From NCBI GenBank assembly GCA_018649885.1, contig JABIHA010000036.1, positions 62,001-126,000 of the forward strand: a stretch of 64,000 nucleotides of DNA, given 5' to 3'. Below, piece by piece: positions 46,855 to 56,323 of the stretch. The notes under the pieces are model-generated. The model did no database searches. It worked only from the letters and a program-made list of their open reading frames with translations, and was not told the DNA's origin. Positions within the stretch are counted from its first letter, which is position 1; each line of letters starts with the position of its first letter. Position numbers and translations under genes: made by a program. The DNA comes from Bacteriovoracaceae bacterium. Lineage in GTDB: Bacteria > Bdellovibrionota > Bacteriovoracia > Bacteriovoracales > Bacteriovoracaceae.

Positions 46855-47826
46855 ATGCCTTCAGTATCAATTAAAGTCCCAGGCGGCAGTCGTATCACTA
46901 TCCCACACTACCCTGTCGACATGGTAGGTGCGGGTGAACGGGCCAGCTCATTTACTAAAAGAAGCATCAAGAAAGAGTCCAAATTAGATGCCTTATATTT
47001 GGCCATTACCATGACAGACCTGACGACTCTTGAGGGTGCCGATACTCCCGGCAAAGTTAAGCAGCTATGTGGAAAGGCCATAAGCCCAGTACCAGCTCAC
47101 TACCTACAAGAAATAAAAAGACTTGCTCCCGATAAAAAGATCAGACCCATCCCTTCAGTTGCCGCTATTTGCGTCTACCCAGAGATGGTTCCCATTGCAA
47201 GAAAATGCCTTGAGGGCTCTGGCGTAGAACTCGCTTCAGTGGCCACGGCCTTCCCAGCGGGACAGCTATCACTCGACTTAAAATTAAAAGATGTTGCTCG
47301 CGCCATCAAATTTGGAGCAACGGAAATAGACATGGTCATTGACCGTGGGGCCTTTCTTAGAGGTGACTATCAAAAAGTTTTTGATGAAATAGTCGCAGTA
47401 AAAGATATTTGTGAAGACCGCGCCCATTTAAAGGTGATCCTCGAAACAGGAGAGCTTAAAACACTAGATAACGTAAGATTTGCATCCACTATGGCCATGG
47501 AAGCAGGTGCTGATTTCATTAAAACTTCCACAGGAAAAGTCACTCCAGCAGCTACAATGCCAGTAACTCTCGTTATGCTTCAGGCAATTTGGGATTACTA
47601 CCAGCAAACTGGAAAAAAAATCGGAATGAAACCGGCCGGTGGAATTAGAACCGCAAAACAGGCCGTTCACTACCTTGTGATGGTTAATGAAGTACTAGGA
47701 GCTGATTGGCTTCACCCAAAAATGTTTAGATTTGGGGCCAGCTCACTTCTCAATGACCTGCTCAGGCAAATATTTAAGCAGTACACCGGACAATACTACT
47801 ATCAAGATATATTCTCATTGGATTAA
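46855..47826 (+). CDS. deoC: Deoxyribose-phosphate aldolase
   Basis: DLTTLEGADT, AAICVYP, GATEIDMVI, LKVILETGEL, GADFIKTSTGK, KPAGGIR, RFGASSLL. Confidence 0.96.
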   Translation: MPSVSIKVPGGSRITIPHYPVDMVGAGERASSFTKRSIKKESKLDALYLAITMTDLTTLEGADTPGKVKQLCGKAISPVPAHYLQEIKRLAPDKKIRPIPSVAAICVYPEMVPIARKCLEGSGVELASVATAFPAGQLSLDLKLKDVARAIKFGATEIDMVIDRGAFLRGDYQKVFDEIVAVKDICEDRAHLKVILETGELKTLDNVRFASTMAMEAGADFIKTSTGKVTPAATMPVTLVMLQAIWDYYQQTGKKIGMKPAGGIRTAKQAVHYLVMVNEVLGADWLHPKMFRFGASSLLNDLLRQIFKQYTGQYYYQDIFSLD

Positions 47827-47843
47827 ATATAAGGACTATCAAC

Positions 47844-49388
47844 ATGACTAAGAAAAAGGCCCAAAAGAAAACTAAGGCCAAAAAATCGAAAGTTACAAAA
47901 AAGAAGAAGACGACCAAGAAGACTAGCTCCGTGAAAAAAACGGTGAAAGGCCTTGATTTTGTCTACGACCCGGCTCCTGAATCCAAAGCAGTTGTACATA
48001 TTCAAAATAAGTATGACCACTTTATAGCTGGAAAATTTGTCGCTCCTAATAGTGGCAAATATATGAAGTCCATAAATCCTGCAACGGAAGAAGTTTTAAC
48101 AAAACACGCTGTCGGTGATGAAAAAGATGTGGACCGCGCAGTTAAAGCTGCAAGAGTTGCCTATGAAGGTGTTTGGTCAAAAATGCCTGCAGAAGAACGG
48201 GGACGCTACCTCTACAGAATCGCCCGAATTTTACAAGAGCGCTCCAGAGAATTTGCCGTTGCCGAAACACTCGACGGTGGAAAACCCATTAAAGAATCAA
48301 GAGATGTAGATATCCCACTAGCAGCAGCTCATTTTTTCTATTATGCTGGCTGGGCCGATAAACTTGAGTACGCATTTCCAGGAAAAAGTGTTCGCTCCAT
48401 CGGAGTTTGTGGACAAATTATTCCTTGGAACTTCCCTCTACTCATGGCCGCTTGGAAATTGGCCCCAGCACTTGCCGCCGGCAATTGCGTTGTGCTTAAG
48501 CCAGCTGAGCAAACCTCTTTAACTGCCATGCTCCTCGCAGAAGTATTACAAGAGGCTGAACTACCTGATGGAGTTGTCAATATTGTAACAGGTGAAGGCC
48601 CCACAGGCGCTGCTCTTGTTGCCCACCCTGATGTCAATAAAATTGCCTTTACTGGCTCAACTGATATTGGAAAATTAATTGCTAAAAATGTCGCCCACAC
48701 TACAAAAAAGTTAACTCTTGAGCTGGGAGGCAAGTCGGCCAATATTGTTTATGAAGATGCGGCCATCGATCAAGCAGTTGAAGGCGTTGTTAACGGAATC
48801 TATTTTAATCAAGGCCACGTCTGCTGTGCAGGCTCAAGACTTTTATTAGAAGAGTCCATCGCAAAAGATTTTCTTAAAAAGCTCCAAAAAAGAATGAAAA
48901 CCATTAGAGTTGGTGATCCACTGGATAAAAATACTGATCTTGGGGCCATTAACCATAAAGAACAATGGGAAAAAATTAAAACTCTTGTAGATCAAGGTAA
49001 AGAAGAAGGCGGAGATTTCTACCAAGCCGAATGTAAACTCCCTTCAAAGGGTTATTTCTTTTCACCTTGTTACTTTGCCAAACAAAGTGGCTCTAGCCTA
49101 ATATCAAGGCTCGAAATATTTGGACCAGTTCTTTCTGTTTCTACTTTTAGAACCCCAGACGAGGCGATTACTAAGGCCAATGATACACCTTACGGCCTAG
49201 CGGCTGGCATCTGGTCTGAAAAAGGCTCTAAGATTCACAAGACTGCAAACGGTCTAAAAGCCGGTGTCATTTGGGCCAACACATACAATAAATTTGATCC
49301 CACCTCTCCATTTGGTGGATTCTTTGAATCAGGTTACGGTAGAGAAGGGGGGCTGCACGGTCTACTTCCTTACTTGGAGGTTAAATAA
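47844..49388 (+). CDS. NAD-dependent aldehyde dehydrogenase with Lys-rich N-terminal tail
   Basis: IIPWNFPL, KPAE, FTGS, LELGGKS, GHVCCAG, EIFGP, PFGG. Confidence 0.95.
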   Translation: MTKKKAQKKTKAKKSKVTKKKKTTKKTSSVKKTVKGLDFVYDPAPESKAVVHIQNKYDHFIAGKFVAPNSGKYMKSINPATEEVLTKHAVGDEKDVDRAVKAARVAYEGVWSKMPAEERGRYLYRIARILQERSREFAVAETLDGGKPIKESRDVDIPLAAAHFFYYAGWADKLEYAFPGKSVRSIGVCGQIIPWNFPLLMAAWKLAPALAAGNCVVLKPAEQTSLTAMLLAEVLQEAELPDGVVNIVTGEGPTGAALVAHPDVNKIAFTGSTDIGKLIAKNVAHTTKKLTLELGGKSANIVYEDAAIDQAVEGVVNGIYFNQGHVCCAGSRLLLEESIAKDFLKKLQKRMKTIRVGDPLDKNTDLGAINHKEQWEKIKTLVDQGKEEGGDFYQAECKLPSKGYFFSPCYFAKQSGSSLISRLEIFGPVLSVSTFRTPDEAITKANDTPYGLAAGIWSEKGSKIHKTANGLKAGVIWANTYNKFDPTSPFGGFFESGYGREGGLHGLLPYLEVK

Positions 49389-50212
49389 TGAAAATTGAAA
49401 AAACTATAAAACTCTTTATTAATGGCCAGTTTGCACGATCTGAATCGGGCAGGACCTATCCAGTTAATGACAACTACGCCCGCGTTTGTCAGGCCTCAAA
49501 AAAAGATTTTCGAAACTCTGTAGACGCTGCTAAATCTGGCGAAAAATCATGGTCTTCAAAATCTGCTTATAATAGATCACAAATCATCTACCGAATGGCC
49601 GAAATGTGTGAAGGCAAAAGAGATCAATTTGTAAGCCTTTTCAAAACCACACTCAGCGCGTCCGACAAAAAAGCAAATGAAATGGTTGATGAAGGGATTT
49701 CAAGCTTTGTTTACTATGCTGGTTTTTGCGACAAATACTCTCAAACAATTGGCTCAGTGAATCCTGTTTCAGGACCCTTTCATAACTTTACGACTCCAGA
49801 GTCTGTAGGAGTGGTTGCACTTATAGATAGTGATGAATTTAATTTCGGTGCTACAGTCGATAGAATCTGCTCAATTTTAGTGGGCGGAAATTCTGTTATT
49901 GCACTACTGGGCCCAACTCTGCCTGCAGTTCTAGCTCCACTTTCAGAAGTCTTTGCCACCTCTGACCTGCCAGCTGGAGTTGTAAACCTTCTAACTGGAC
50001 ACCTGGAAGAGCTTGCAGAAGTCATAGCTTCCCACAGAGAAGTCAGATCAATTAGCTACCAAAATGAAAGTAAAAAATTCTATGAAACTGTCAGAGAAAA
50101 GTCAGTGGACAATATGAAGCGAATTGTCCCCAATCACAAGGAGCTTAAAAGCCTTGAGAATATTCTCTCTTTCGTTGAGTACAAAACAGTTTGGCACCCT
50201 ATTGGCGTTTAG
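49388..50212 (+). CDS. Short aldehyde-dehydrogenase-family protein lacking the catalytic domain
   Basis: KLFINGQFARSESGR, SDLPAGVVNLLTG, KTVWHPIG; no ELGGK or catalytic Cys segment. Confidence 0.88.
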   Translation: MKIEKTIKLFINGQFARSESGRTYPVNDNYARVCQASKKDFRNSVDAAKSGEKSWSSKSAYNRSQIIYRMAEMCEGKRDQFVSLFKTTLSASDKKANEMVDEGISSFVYYAGFCDKYSQTIGSVNPVSGPFHNFTTPESVGVVALIDSDEFNFGATVDRICSILVGGNSVIALLGPTLPAVLAPLSEVFATSDLPAGVVNLLTGHLEELAEVIASHREVRSISYQNESKKFYETVREKSVDNMKRIVPNHKELKSLENILSFVEYKTVWHPIGV

Positions 50213-50226
50213 CTATTTAGAAACTT

Positions 50227-51699
50227 TTAACTCGATGGAATTAAAGTTAGAAAGCATATTTTTTCATCCTCTGACTGAGGAACTTCAACTTCACAATAAG
50301 AAGTCGCCCTAATCATACAGTTATGACCATTTGAGTTGATTTTATTTTCATATTTACACTTGTAACCATGAACAGTCACCCCATCTTTATCGGTTCCGGT
50401 GGCCTGCCCACTGTCAGATTGTCTAACAAGCTTACTACTATTATCACACTTATCAGTCCCTGAAATACTGCAATACCCTCTTTGGAAAGAACTTCCATCT
50501 GGGCAGTAGGATGTAACAGTAGCCATATCAGTTCCATCAAATAATCCACTGTTTGGAGAGAATGTACTTTTATAAATAAAAAATTTTACTTTTTCAGATG
50601 AAGAAGTAATTACCTTTAATGTTTTGCAAGTGTATTGTAATTTATAGGTTGCCCCGGAAGCATCCTTAAACAATGGTCCAGAGACATTGCTAGTACTCGC
50701 ACTATCCCAATCATTGGTGTCTTTGATATTATCAGTTAAAGTGGTGGTCGAGGCTATGGTCATATCCTGAAATAGTGTTTCTGAAATCGTTCCTCCTTTA
50801 ATCGTTCCATAATTGCTGAGATCACCCGTAATAGAGTTTGTGTATTGGGGGTCCTCACCATTTATATCAACTCCTTTTAATTTAATTTTTGTCAGCCACG
50901 ACATAAGCATTGGGTCCTCACTAGCATACATTGGGTACTTTTTTGAATCGTGGAGATTAATTTTTCCATTAAATACCACGGGTGGGGGTAGTCCAAGAGA
51001 GCCTCTGATTGTCCCTCCATAGATTTCTCCCTCCCTATTATCTATAGAGCCATTATTAACGGTGGTTCCAAATAAATCCATGCCCTCACAGTGATTGTCA
51101 GCGTCCAGCGTGCCTCCAAAAACATCACATATTGCCCCTGTGGTGTCTCCTGAAGCAGAACAACTTGTCAGCTTTCCAGAGGTCACATCAAAAACAATGG
51201 GAACACTGATTTTTTTTGTTAGGGTATTACTTTTATCGACCTTGAAACTGGTCTCTATTTCAAAATCACCGTATGCAACCGTGGCACCATCAGTAAACTT
51301 AAGACCTAGGTTATAGTCATCAATAACAAGCTTGCCATAGCTATCACCTTTATTTAAATCTTGGCTCCCAACTTTTAGTGCTCCAATTGTTGCTGCTGAA
51401 ACAGTATCATCATAGTCCCCTGAAAAAGAAACTTCGTTGGACCCACCATCTCTGATCTGCTCAAAAGTTGCATCACAAATTTCAGATTTTCTAAGAGAGC
51501 CCTGTAGTAAATTGTAGGTGGTTTGGGCCTCAGAATAACCTTTATTTCTCGCCTGACCTTTAGAAACATTGGAATTCATTTTCATAAACCCAATACCCAT
51601 AATGCTCATCAAACCGATGGCCATCATGATTTCTACCATGGACATGCCTTTATCATTTAGAAGTAAAGACGAACTATTTTGCTCTTCTATATCCATCAA
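50227..51699 (-). CDS. Large prepilin-type (type IV pilin/pseudopilin-like) protein
   Basis: KG-MSMVEIMMAIGLM class III signal with Glu5; ICDATF; Cys-rich C-terminal domain. Confidence 0.8.
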   Translation of the reverse strand: MMDIEEQNSSSLLLNDKGMSMVEIMMAIGLMSIMGIGFMKMNSNVSKGQARNKGYSEAQTTYNLLQGSLRKSEICDATFEQIRDGGSNEVSFSGDYDDTVSAATIGALKVGSQDLNKGDSYGKLVIDDYNLGLKFTDGATVAYGDFEIETSFKVDKSNTLTKKISVPIVFDVTSGKLTSCSASGDTTGAICDVFGGTLDADNHCEGMDLFGTTVNNGSIDNREGEIYGGTIRGSLGLPPPVVFNGKINLHDSKKYPMYASEDPMLMSWLTKIKLKGVDINGEDPQYTNSITGDLSNYGTIKGGTISETLFQDMTIASTTTLTDNIKDTNDWDSASTSNVSGPLFKDASGATYKLQYTCKTLKVITSSSEKVKFFIYKSTFSPNSGLFDGTDMATVTSYCPDGSSFQRGYCSISGTDKCDNSSKLVRQSDSGQATGTDKDGVTVHGYKCKYENKINSNGHNCMIRATSYCEVEVPQSEDEKICFLTLIPSS

Positions 51700-51793
51700 A
51701 TTTTGCTCCCTAAAAATAAATTTTCTTTATTATACTCAAAATAAAAATTGAAGGGAGAATTTATCTATGGAGGTATTAATTATTTAGATAATT

Positions 51794-53341
51794 TCAGTCT
51801 ATATAGTGGCAACCTAAGCTCTTTCTGTTTTTTGAGGCAGCGTAGATTATCAGTTGCGCCACTTCCACGGCCGATCTTAAGTTGAGTAAAGTTCTTGTTA
51901 GAGCGCTATTTGAGTAAAACTGTTTAACTTCAAAGTTGATCTCACTGATAAGTCTTTCGGCCCGTTTTATACGCTTGGTGGTCCTGATAAGGCCTGCGTA
52001 ATTCCACATGGTCTTTCTGATTAAATCGAGATCTTGCTCCATCAATGCCGTATCTTCTTGCTGAGTTTCACCCTTCCACAGTTTAACTTCAGGCAGGTAA
52101 TAGTCTTCACGAAATTCTAGGAGATTTGCCTTCGCCGTAAGCACTCCCATAGTGACACATTCTAAGAGAGATGTGGAGGCCAATCTATTGGCGCCATGAA
52201 GTCCAGTGCATGCGCATTCACCAATAGCGCAAAGACCCTTTATATTGGTACGGCCTTCCATATCAGTATGAATCCCTCCGCAGTGATAATGAGCTGCTGG
52301 AACGACAGGAATGGGGTCACTGCTAATATCGACACCTCTTTTAAGGCACTCCCGATAGATATTGGGAAAACGATTTTGAATAAACTCACTATCATGAGCA
52401 GTCATATCTAGATAAACGCTATTTCCACTGGAATCAATTAATTCGAAAGCAATTGCGCGTGCGACGATATCTCTTGGTGCGAGCGAGCCCAGTGGGTGAA
52501 TTTTGTCCATAAAACGCTCACCTCTGGCATTAATCAGTACTCCACCTTCTCCTCTTAGGGCCTCTGAAATGAGAAGAGGATTAAAGCCGGGCTTAACAAA
52601 AACTGTTGGGTGAAACTGCAAATACTCCAAGTCCATAAGCCTTGCGCCCACTCGCTTGGCCATGGCAAGTCCATGCCCGAAAGCCTCCTTGCCATTAGTG
52701 GTATGGAGGAAAATTTGGCCAACTCCCCCTGTGGCGATGATCACATTTTGGGCCAGCACTGCATAGACTTGATTTTGTTCTAGATCGAAGACATAAGCTC
52801 CAATGCAAGTTAATGACTTGTAGCGATCAGCATAAGATTTAGAGTTGTGAGATAGTGTCATTAAATCAATGGCCATAGAATTATGACAAACAGTAATATT
52901 TGTAAGGCCTTCAATTTTTTTATAAATAGAGTCCATGATCGCCACCCCGGTGGCGTCTTTAGAATAAATAATCCGCGCTTCACTATGAGCGGCTTCTTTA
53001 ACTTTTTTTAAACTGCCGTCAGTATCCCTATCAAAAGGAACCTCCGCCTTGGTTAGAAGAATTTCCTCGACAGCGCTTCCCCCAAATTTAGCAATGGTTT
53101 CAAGTGCCTCTGGATTGTGGGCGCCACAAGTGGCGACTTCAATATCTTTGATTAAAAGCTCTGGATCATGCCCTTCATTGTAAACCACGCCCCCTTGGGC
53201 CAAGTAGCTATTACTTGTTGTCTTATCTTCAGAGCTAGCGAGGACATAGACACTTTTCCCTGCATCCGCCATCTCCATAGCATAGGTAAGACCAGCAAGG
53301 CCGGCTCCAATAACGAGGGAATCAACTTTTATGGTTTTCAT
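51794..53341 (-). CDS. nadB: L-aspartate oxidase
   Basis: IGAGLAG, SYLAQGG, EAAHS, QFHPT, LISEALRGEG, LAPRDIVARAI, PAAHYHCGG, GLHGANRLASTSLLE. Confidence 0.96.
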   Translation of the reverse strand: MKTIKVDSLVIGAGLAGLTYAMEMADAGKSVYVLASSEDKTTSNSYLAQGGVVYNEGHDPELLIKDIEVATCGAHNPEALETIAKFGGSAVEEILLTKAEVPFDRDTDGSLKKVKEAAHSEARIIYSKDATGVAIMDSIYKKIEGLTNITVCHNSMAIDLMTLSHNSKSYADRYKSLTCIGAYVFDLEQNQVYAVLAQNVIIATGGVGQIFLHTTNGKEAFGHGLAMAKRVGARLMDLEYLQFHPTVFVKPGFNPLLISEALRGEGGVLINARGERFMDKIHPLGSLAPRDIVARAIAFELIDSSGNSVYLDMTAHDSEFIQNRFPNIYRECLKRGVDISSDPIPVVPAAHYHCGGIHTDMEGRTNIKGLCAIGECACTGLHGANRLASTSLLECVTMGVLTAKANLLEFREDYYLPEVKLWKGETQQEDTALMEQDLDLIRKTMWNYAGLIRTTKRIKRAERLISEINFEVKQFYSNSALTRTLLNLRSAVEVAQLIIYAASKNRKSLGCHYID

Positions 53342-54402
53342 GGGCTTAACTCAAACATTTTATCGATTGCTCTTTTCGCCTTTAAACGAGTCGACTCCTC
53401 AACAAAGACTTCTTGATCTGCTCTGGGATTTTCAAATACCTGGATAATTTTATCTAGGCTATTTAGTTTCATATACTCACATAAGCGGCAGGCACCAATG
53501 AAGTTCTTTTCCTTCTCTTCAACTTCTAGTCGGCTAACGAGTCCACACTCAGTCAGCATCATAAAGTAAGGTGCCTCAGTTTTCCGGACGTAATCCATCA
53601 TGGCCCCCGTGCTGCCAACAAAATCACTTTTTTTAGTCACATCAGTAAGACACTCTGGGTGAGAGACCACTTTTAAACCAGGATAACGGATTCTCTGCTC
53701 ATCAATTTTGTTGTGATCAAATTGATCGTGCACAAAACAAGTTCCATCAGAACTTACAATCTCTTTATTTATGCCACGCTTTTTCATTTCAATGATAATA
53801 TTGTCGGCCATCAAACGATCGGGGATAAAAATAATTTTTTCAGCATCGAGACTTTCAATAATTGAATAGACATTTGTAGAAGTGACACAAACATCTGATT
53901 CGGCCTTAACCTCTGCAGTGCTGTTAATATAACAAACCACGGGGCACCCTGGATGCTCCCGTTTTAACTCTTTGACTTGGTCTGCATTTATTGAGTCGGC
54001 CAGTGAACAAGCAGAGCCTCTATCGGGTACAAAAACTCTAGCTTTTGGGCTTACTATTTTTGCTGTCTCTGCCATAAAAACAACTCCTGCAAAAATAATC
54101 ATAGAGGCCTTGGAATCTTTTGCGGCCAAAGACAGTGCATAGGAATCACTCTTAAAATCGGCAACTCCGTGAACAATTTCAGGTTCCACATAGGAATGGG
54201 CCAGTATCACAGCATCGTGCTCTTTTTTTAATCGATTGATTAGCAGTGTTTTCGGAGCAATTTTTTGACACTCTTCATAGGTCCACTTCCTTGAACTGTT
54301 GCAAGTAAGATTCATGAGTGATGAAAATAAGCGGTCTGCTTCGGCCTCTAGGGCCTCATTTGAAAAGTTTTCAGTGTGAATTTTATTGTGATCCGCGTCC
54401 AT
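53338..54402 (-). CDS. nadA: Quinolinate synthase
   Basis: ILAHSY, FMAETAK, ACSLAD, YINS, CFVH, HPEC, CEYMK (three Fe-S Cys). Confidence 0.96.
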   Translation of the reverse strand: MDADHNKIHTENFSNEALEAEADRLFSSLMNLTCNSSRKWTYEECQKIAPKTLLINRLKKEHDAVILAHSYVEPEIVHGVADFKSDSYALSLAAKDSKASMIIFAGVVFMAETAKIVSPKARVFVPDRGSACSLADSINADQVKELKREHPGCPVVCYINSTAEVKAESDVCVTSTNVYSIIESLDAEKIIFIPDRLMADNIIIEMKKRGINKEIVSSDGTCFVHDQFDHNKIDEQRIRYPGLKVVSHPECLTDVTKKSDFVGSTGAMMDYVRKTEAPYFMMLTECGLVSRLEVEEKEKNFIGACRLCEYMKLNSLDKIIQVFENPRADQEVFVEESTRLKAKRAIDKMFELSP

Positions 54403-54542
54403 AAATACCCTTAATAAAGCCTATTCTTATCATAAAGTTTTTAAAAATTCACCTCATGATGCTCCCCCTAATGCTGATCATGTTGCCACATATACAAGCT
54501 TTGCTAGTATAATAACAATTCGAAACCACTTAAGAGGTAAAT

Positions 54543-56180
54543 ATGTCTAGGAAAACCAGTTATGAGTACGATTTTGTCATCGTAGGAAGCGGCTTTGGCG
54601 GCAGTGTCTCAGCAATGAGATTGGCCCAAAAAGGTTATAGGGTTGCCATCGTAGAGCAAGGTGTTGACTACAAAAATACTGATTTTCCCAAGACAAATTG
54701 GAATGTAAAAAAATACCTATGGGCTCCGGTGCTGCGATGCTTCGGGATCATGCGAATTACTCTCTTAAATAAAGTGATGGTTTTAAGAGGTGTTGGAGTA
54801 GGGGGCGGAAGTTTAGTATACGCCAACACTTTAATGCAACCAGAAGAACATATTTTCAAATCCAACTTTTGGCCCGCAGGAAAAGATTGGAACAAAGAGC
54901 TTGGACCTTTTTTTGATTTGGCCAAAAAAATGTTGGGAGTAGTAGATAATGAAATTATGGAAGACGGTGAGCTAGCACTAAAAGCAGTGGGTGAAAAAAT
55001 GGGCTGTGCTGACACTTTTCACGCTACAAAAGTAGGTGTCTATTTCAACACCCCCGGAAAACTTCAACAAGACCCCTTCTTTGGTGGAGATGGCCCCGAT
55101 CGTGAAGGCTGTGATCTTTGTGGAGGATGTATGGTTGGCTGCCCAACTGGTGCTAAAAATACACTCGACAAAAACTACCTTTGGTTTGCAAAAAAATGGG
55201 GAGCTAAAATATTCTCTGAAACTTGTGTTGAAAAAATCACTCCCGAAGGTGAGGGCTACACAATTACCACAAAAAACTCAACCTCTTGGTTACCCTGGAA
55301 GGGACCAACTTTTAAGGCCAAAAAAGTGATCTTTTCAGCTGGAGTGCTGGGAACAATGGATCTTCTTTTAAAAAATAAATATGTTCATAGAACTCTTCCT
55401 CAAATCTCTGACAAATTAGGCCACGTAGTCAGGACAAATGGAGAAAGCCTACTGGGGGCAACCTCATTTAAAGAAGAAATTGACATGTCTAAAGGGATTG
55501 CTATCGGTGCGGCCATCCACCCAGATGAGCATACTAAAATAGAGGCCGTGCGCTACTCGGCTGGCTCTGATTCTATGAGGCTTTTGGCCATTCCATTAAC
55601 AGGAAAGGGCAATTTCATTACCAGGCCTATAAAGTTTCTCTGCAATATGGTGATCCAATTCCCAAATGTGGTTAAACTCTATTTAACTCCTGATTGGGCG
55701 AAAAAATCTCTAATTCTATTAGTTATGCAGTCCCTTGAAACAAAAATGAATTTAACACTGGGATGGTCTATTTTTAATCCCTTTGGAAAGAGCCTAAAAG
55801 GAAAGCTAAACCCAGGTGAAGAACCTGTCCCAAGCTACATTCCGATAGCTCAAGAAGCAGCAAAAACATTGGCCACAGAGGTTGGTGGTATTGCTCAAAA
55901 TATAGTGCCCGAAGTTTTACTTCAAACACCTGCCACCGCCCATATCTTAGGAGGAGCAATCCTCGCAGAAAGTGCAGCTGATGGTGTGATCAATTCTAAC
56001 CATGAGGTTTTTGGTTACAGTGGCCTTTATGTAATGGATGCTAGTGTCATCCCTTCAAATTTAGCTGTGAACCCATCCCTTACGGTCTCGGCAATTGCAG
56101 AAAGATTTGCATCATTATTTGAAAATAACCCCCAGGTTGACGATAAATGGAAAAAACCCGAAATTAAATTTACTGTGTAA
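54543..56180 (+). CDS. GMC oxidoreductase, cholesterol-oxidase (ChoD)-like
   Basis: IVGSGFGGSVSAMRL, GVGGGSLVYANTL, C..CG.CM.GC..GAKNTLDKNYL, TAHILGG, VNPSLT. Confidence 0.88.
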   Translation: MSRKTSYEYDFVIVGSGFGGSVSAMRLAQKGYRVAIVEQGVDYKNTDFPKTNWNVKKYLWAPVLRCFGIMRITLLNKVMVLRGVGVGGGSLVYANTLMQPEEHIFKSNFWPAGKDWNKELGPFFDLAKKMLGVVDNEIMEDGELALKAVGEKMGCADTFHATKVGVYFNTPGKLQQDPFFGGDGPDREGCDLCGGCMVGCPTGAKNTLDKNYLWFAKKWGAKIFSETCVEKITPEGEGYTITTKNSTSWLPWKGPTFKAKKVIFSAGVLGTMDLLLKNKYVHRTLPQISDKLGHVVRTNGESLLGATSFKEEIDMSKGIAIGAAIHPDEHTKIEAVRYSAGSDSMRLLAIPLTGKGNFITRPIKFLCNMVIQFPNVVKLYLTPDWAKKSLILLVMQSLETKMNLTLGWSIFNPFGKSLKGKLNPGEEPVPSYIPIAQEAAKTLATEVGGIAQNIVPEVLLQTPATAHILGGAILAESAADGVINSNHEVFGYSGLYVMDASVIPSNLAVNPSLTVSAIAERFASLFENNPQVDDKWKKPEIKFTV

Positions 56181-56323
56181 TTACAAGTATATAAACATTA
56201 CAATGACCCGCCGCGTCATTATAATGTTTTATCCCTCCTACTCTAAAAATAATACAGAGTGCCAAACTTCACATTAGCATAACGCATCTCAGGTGATACC
56301 AAAATATCACTGAGGAGAGAGCA

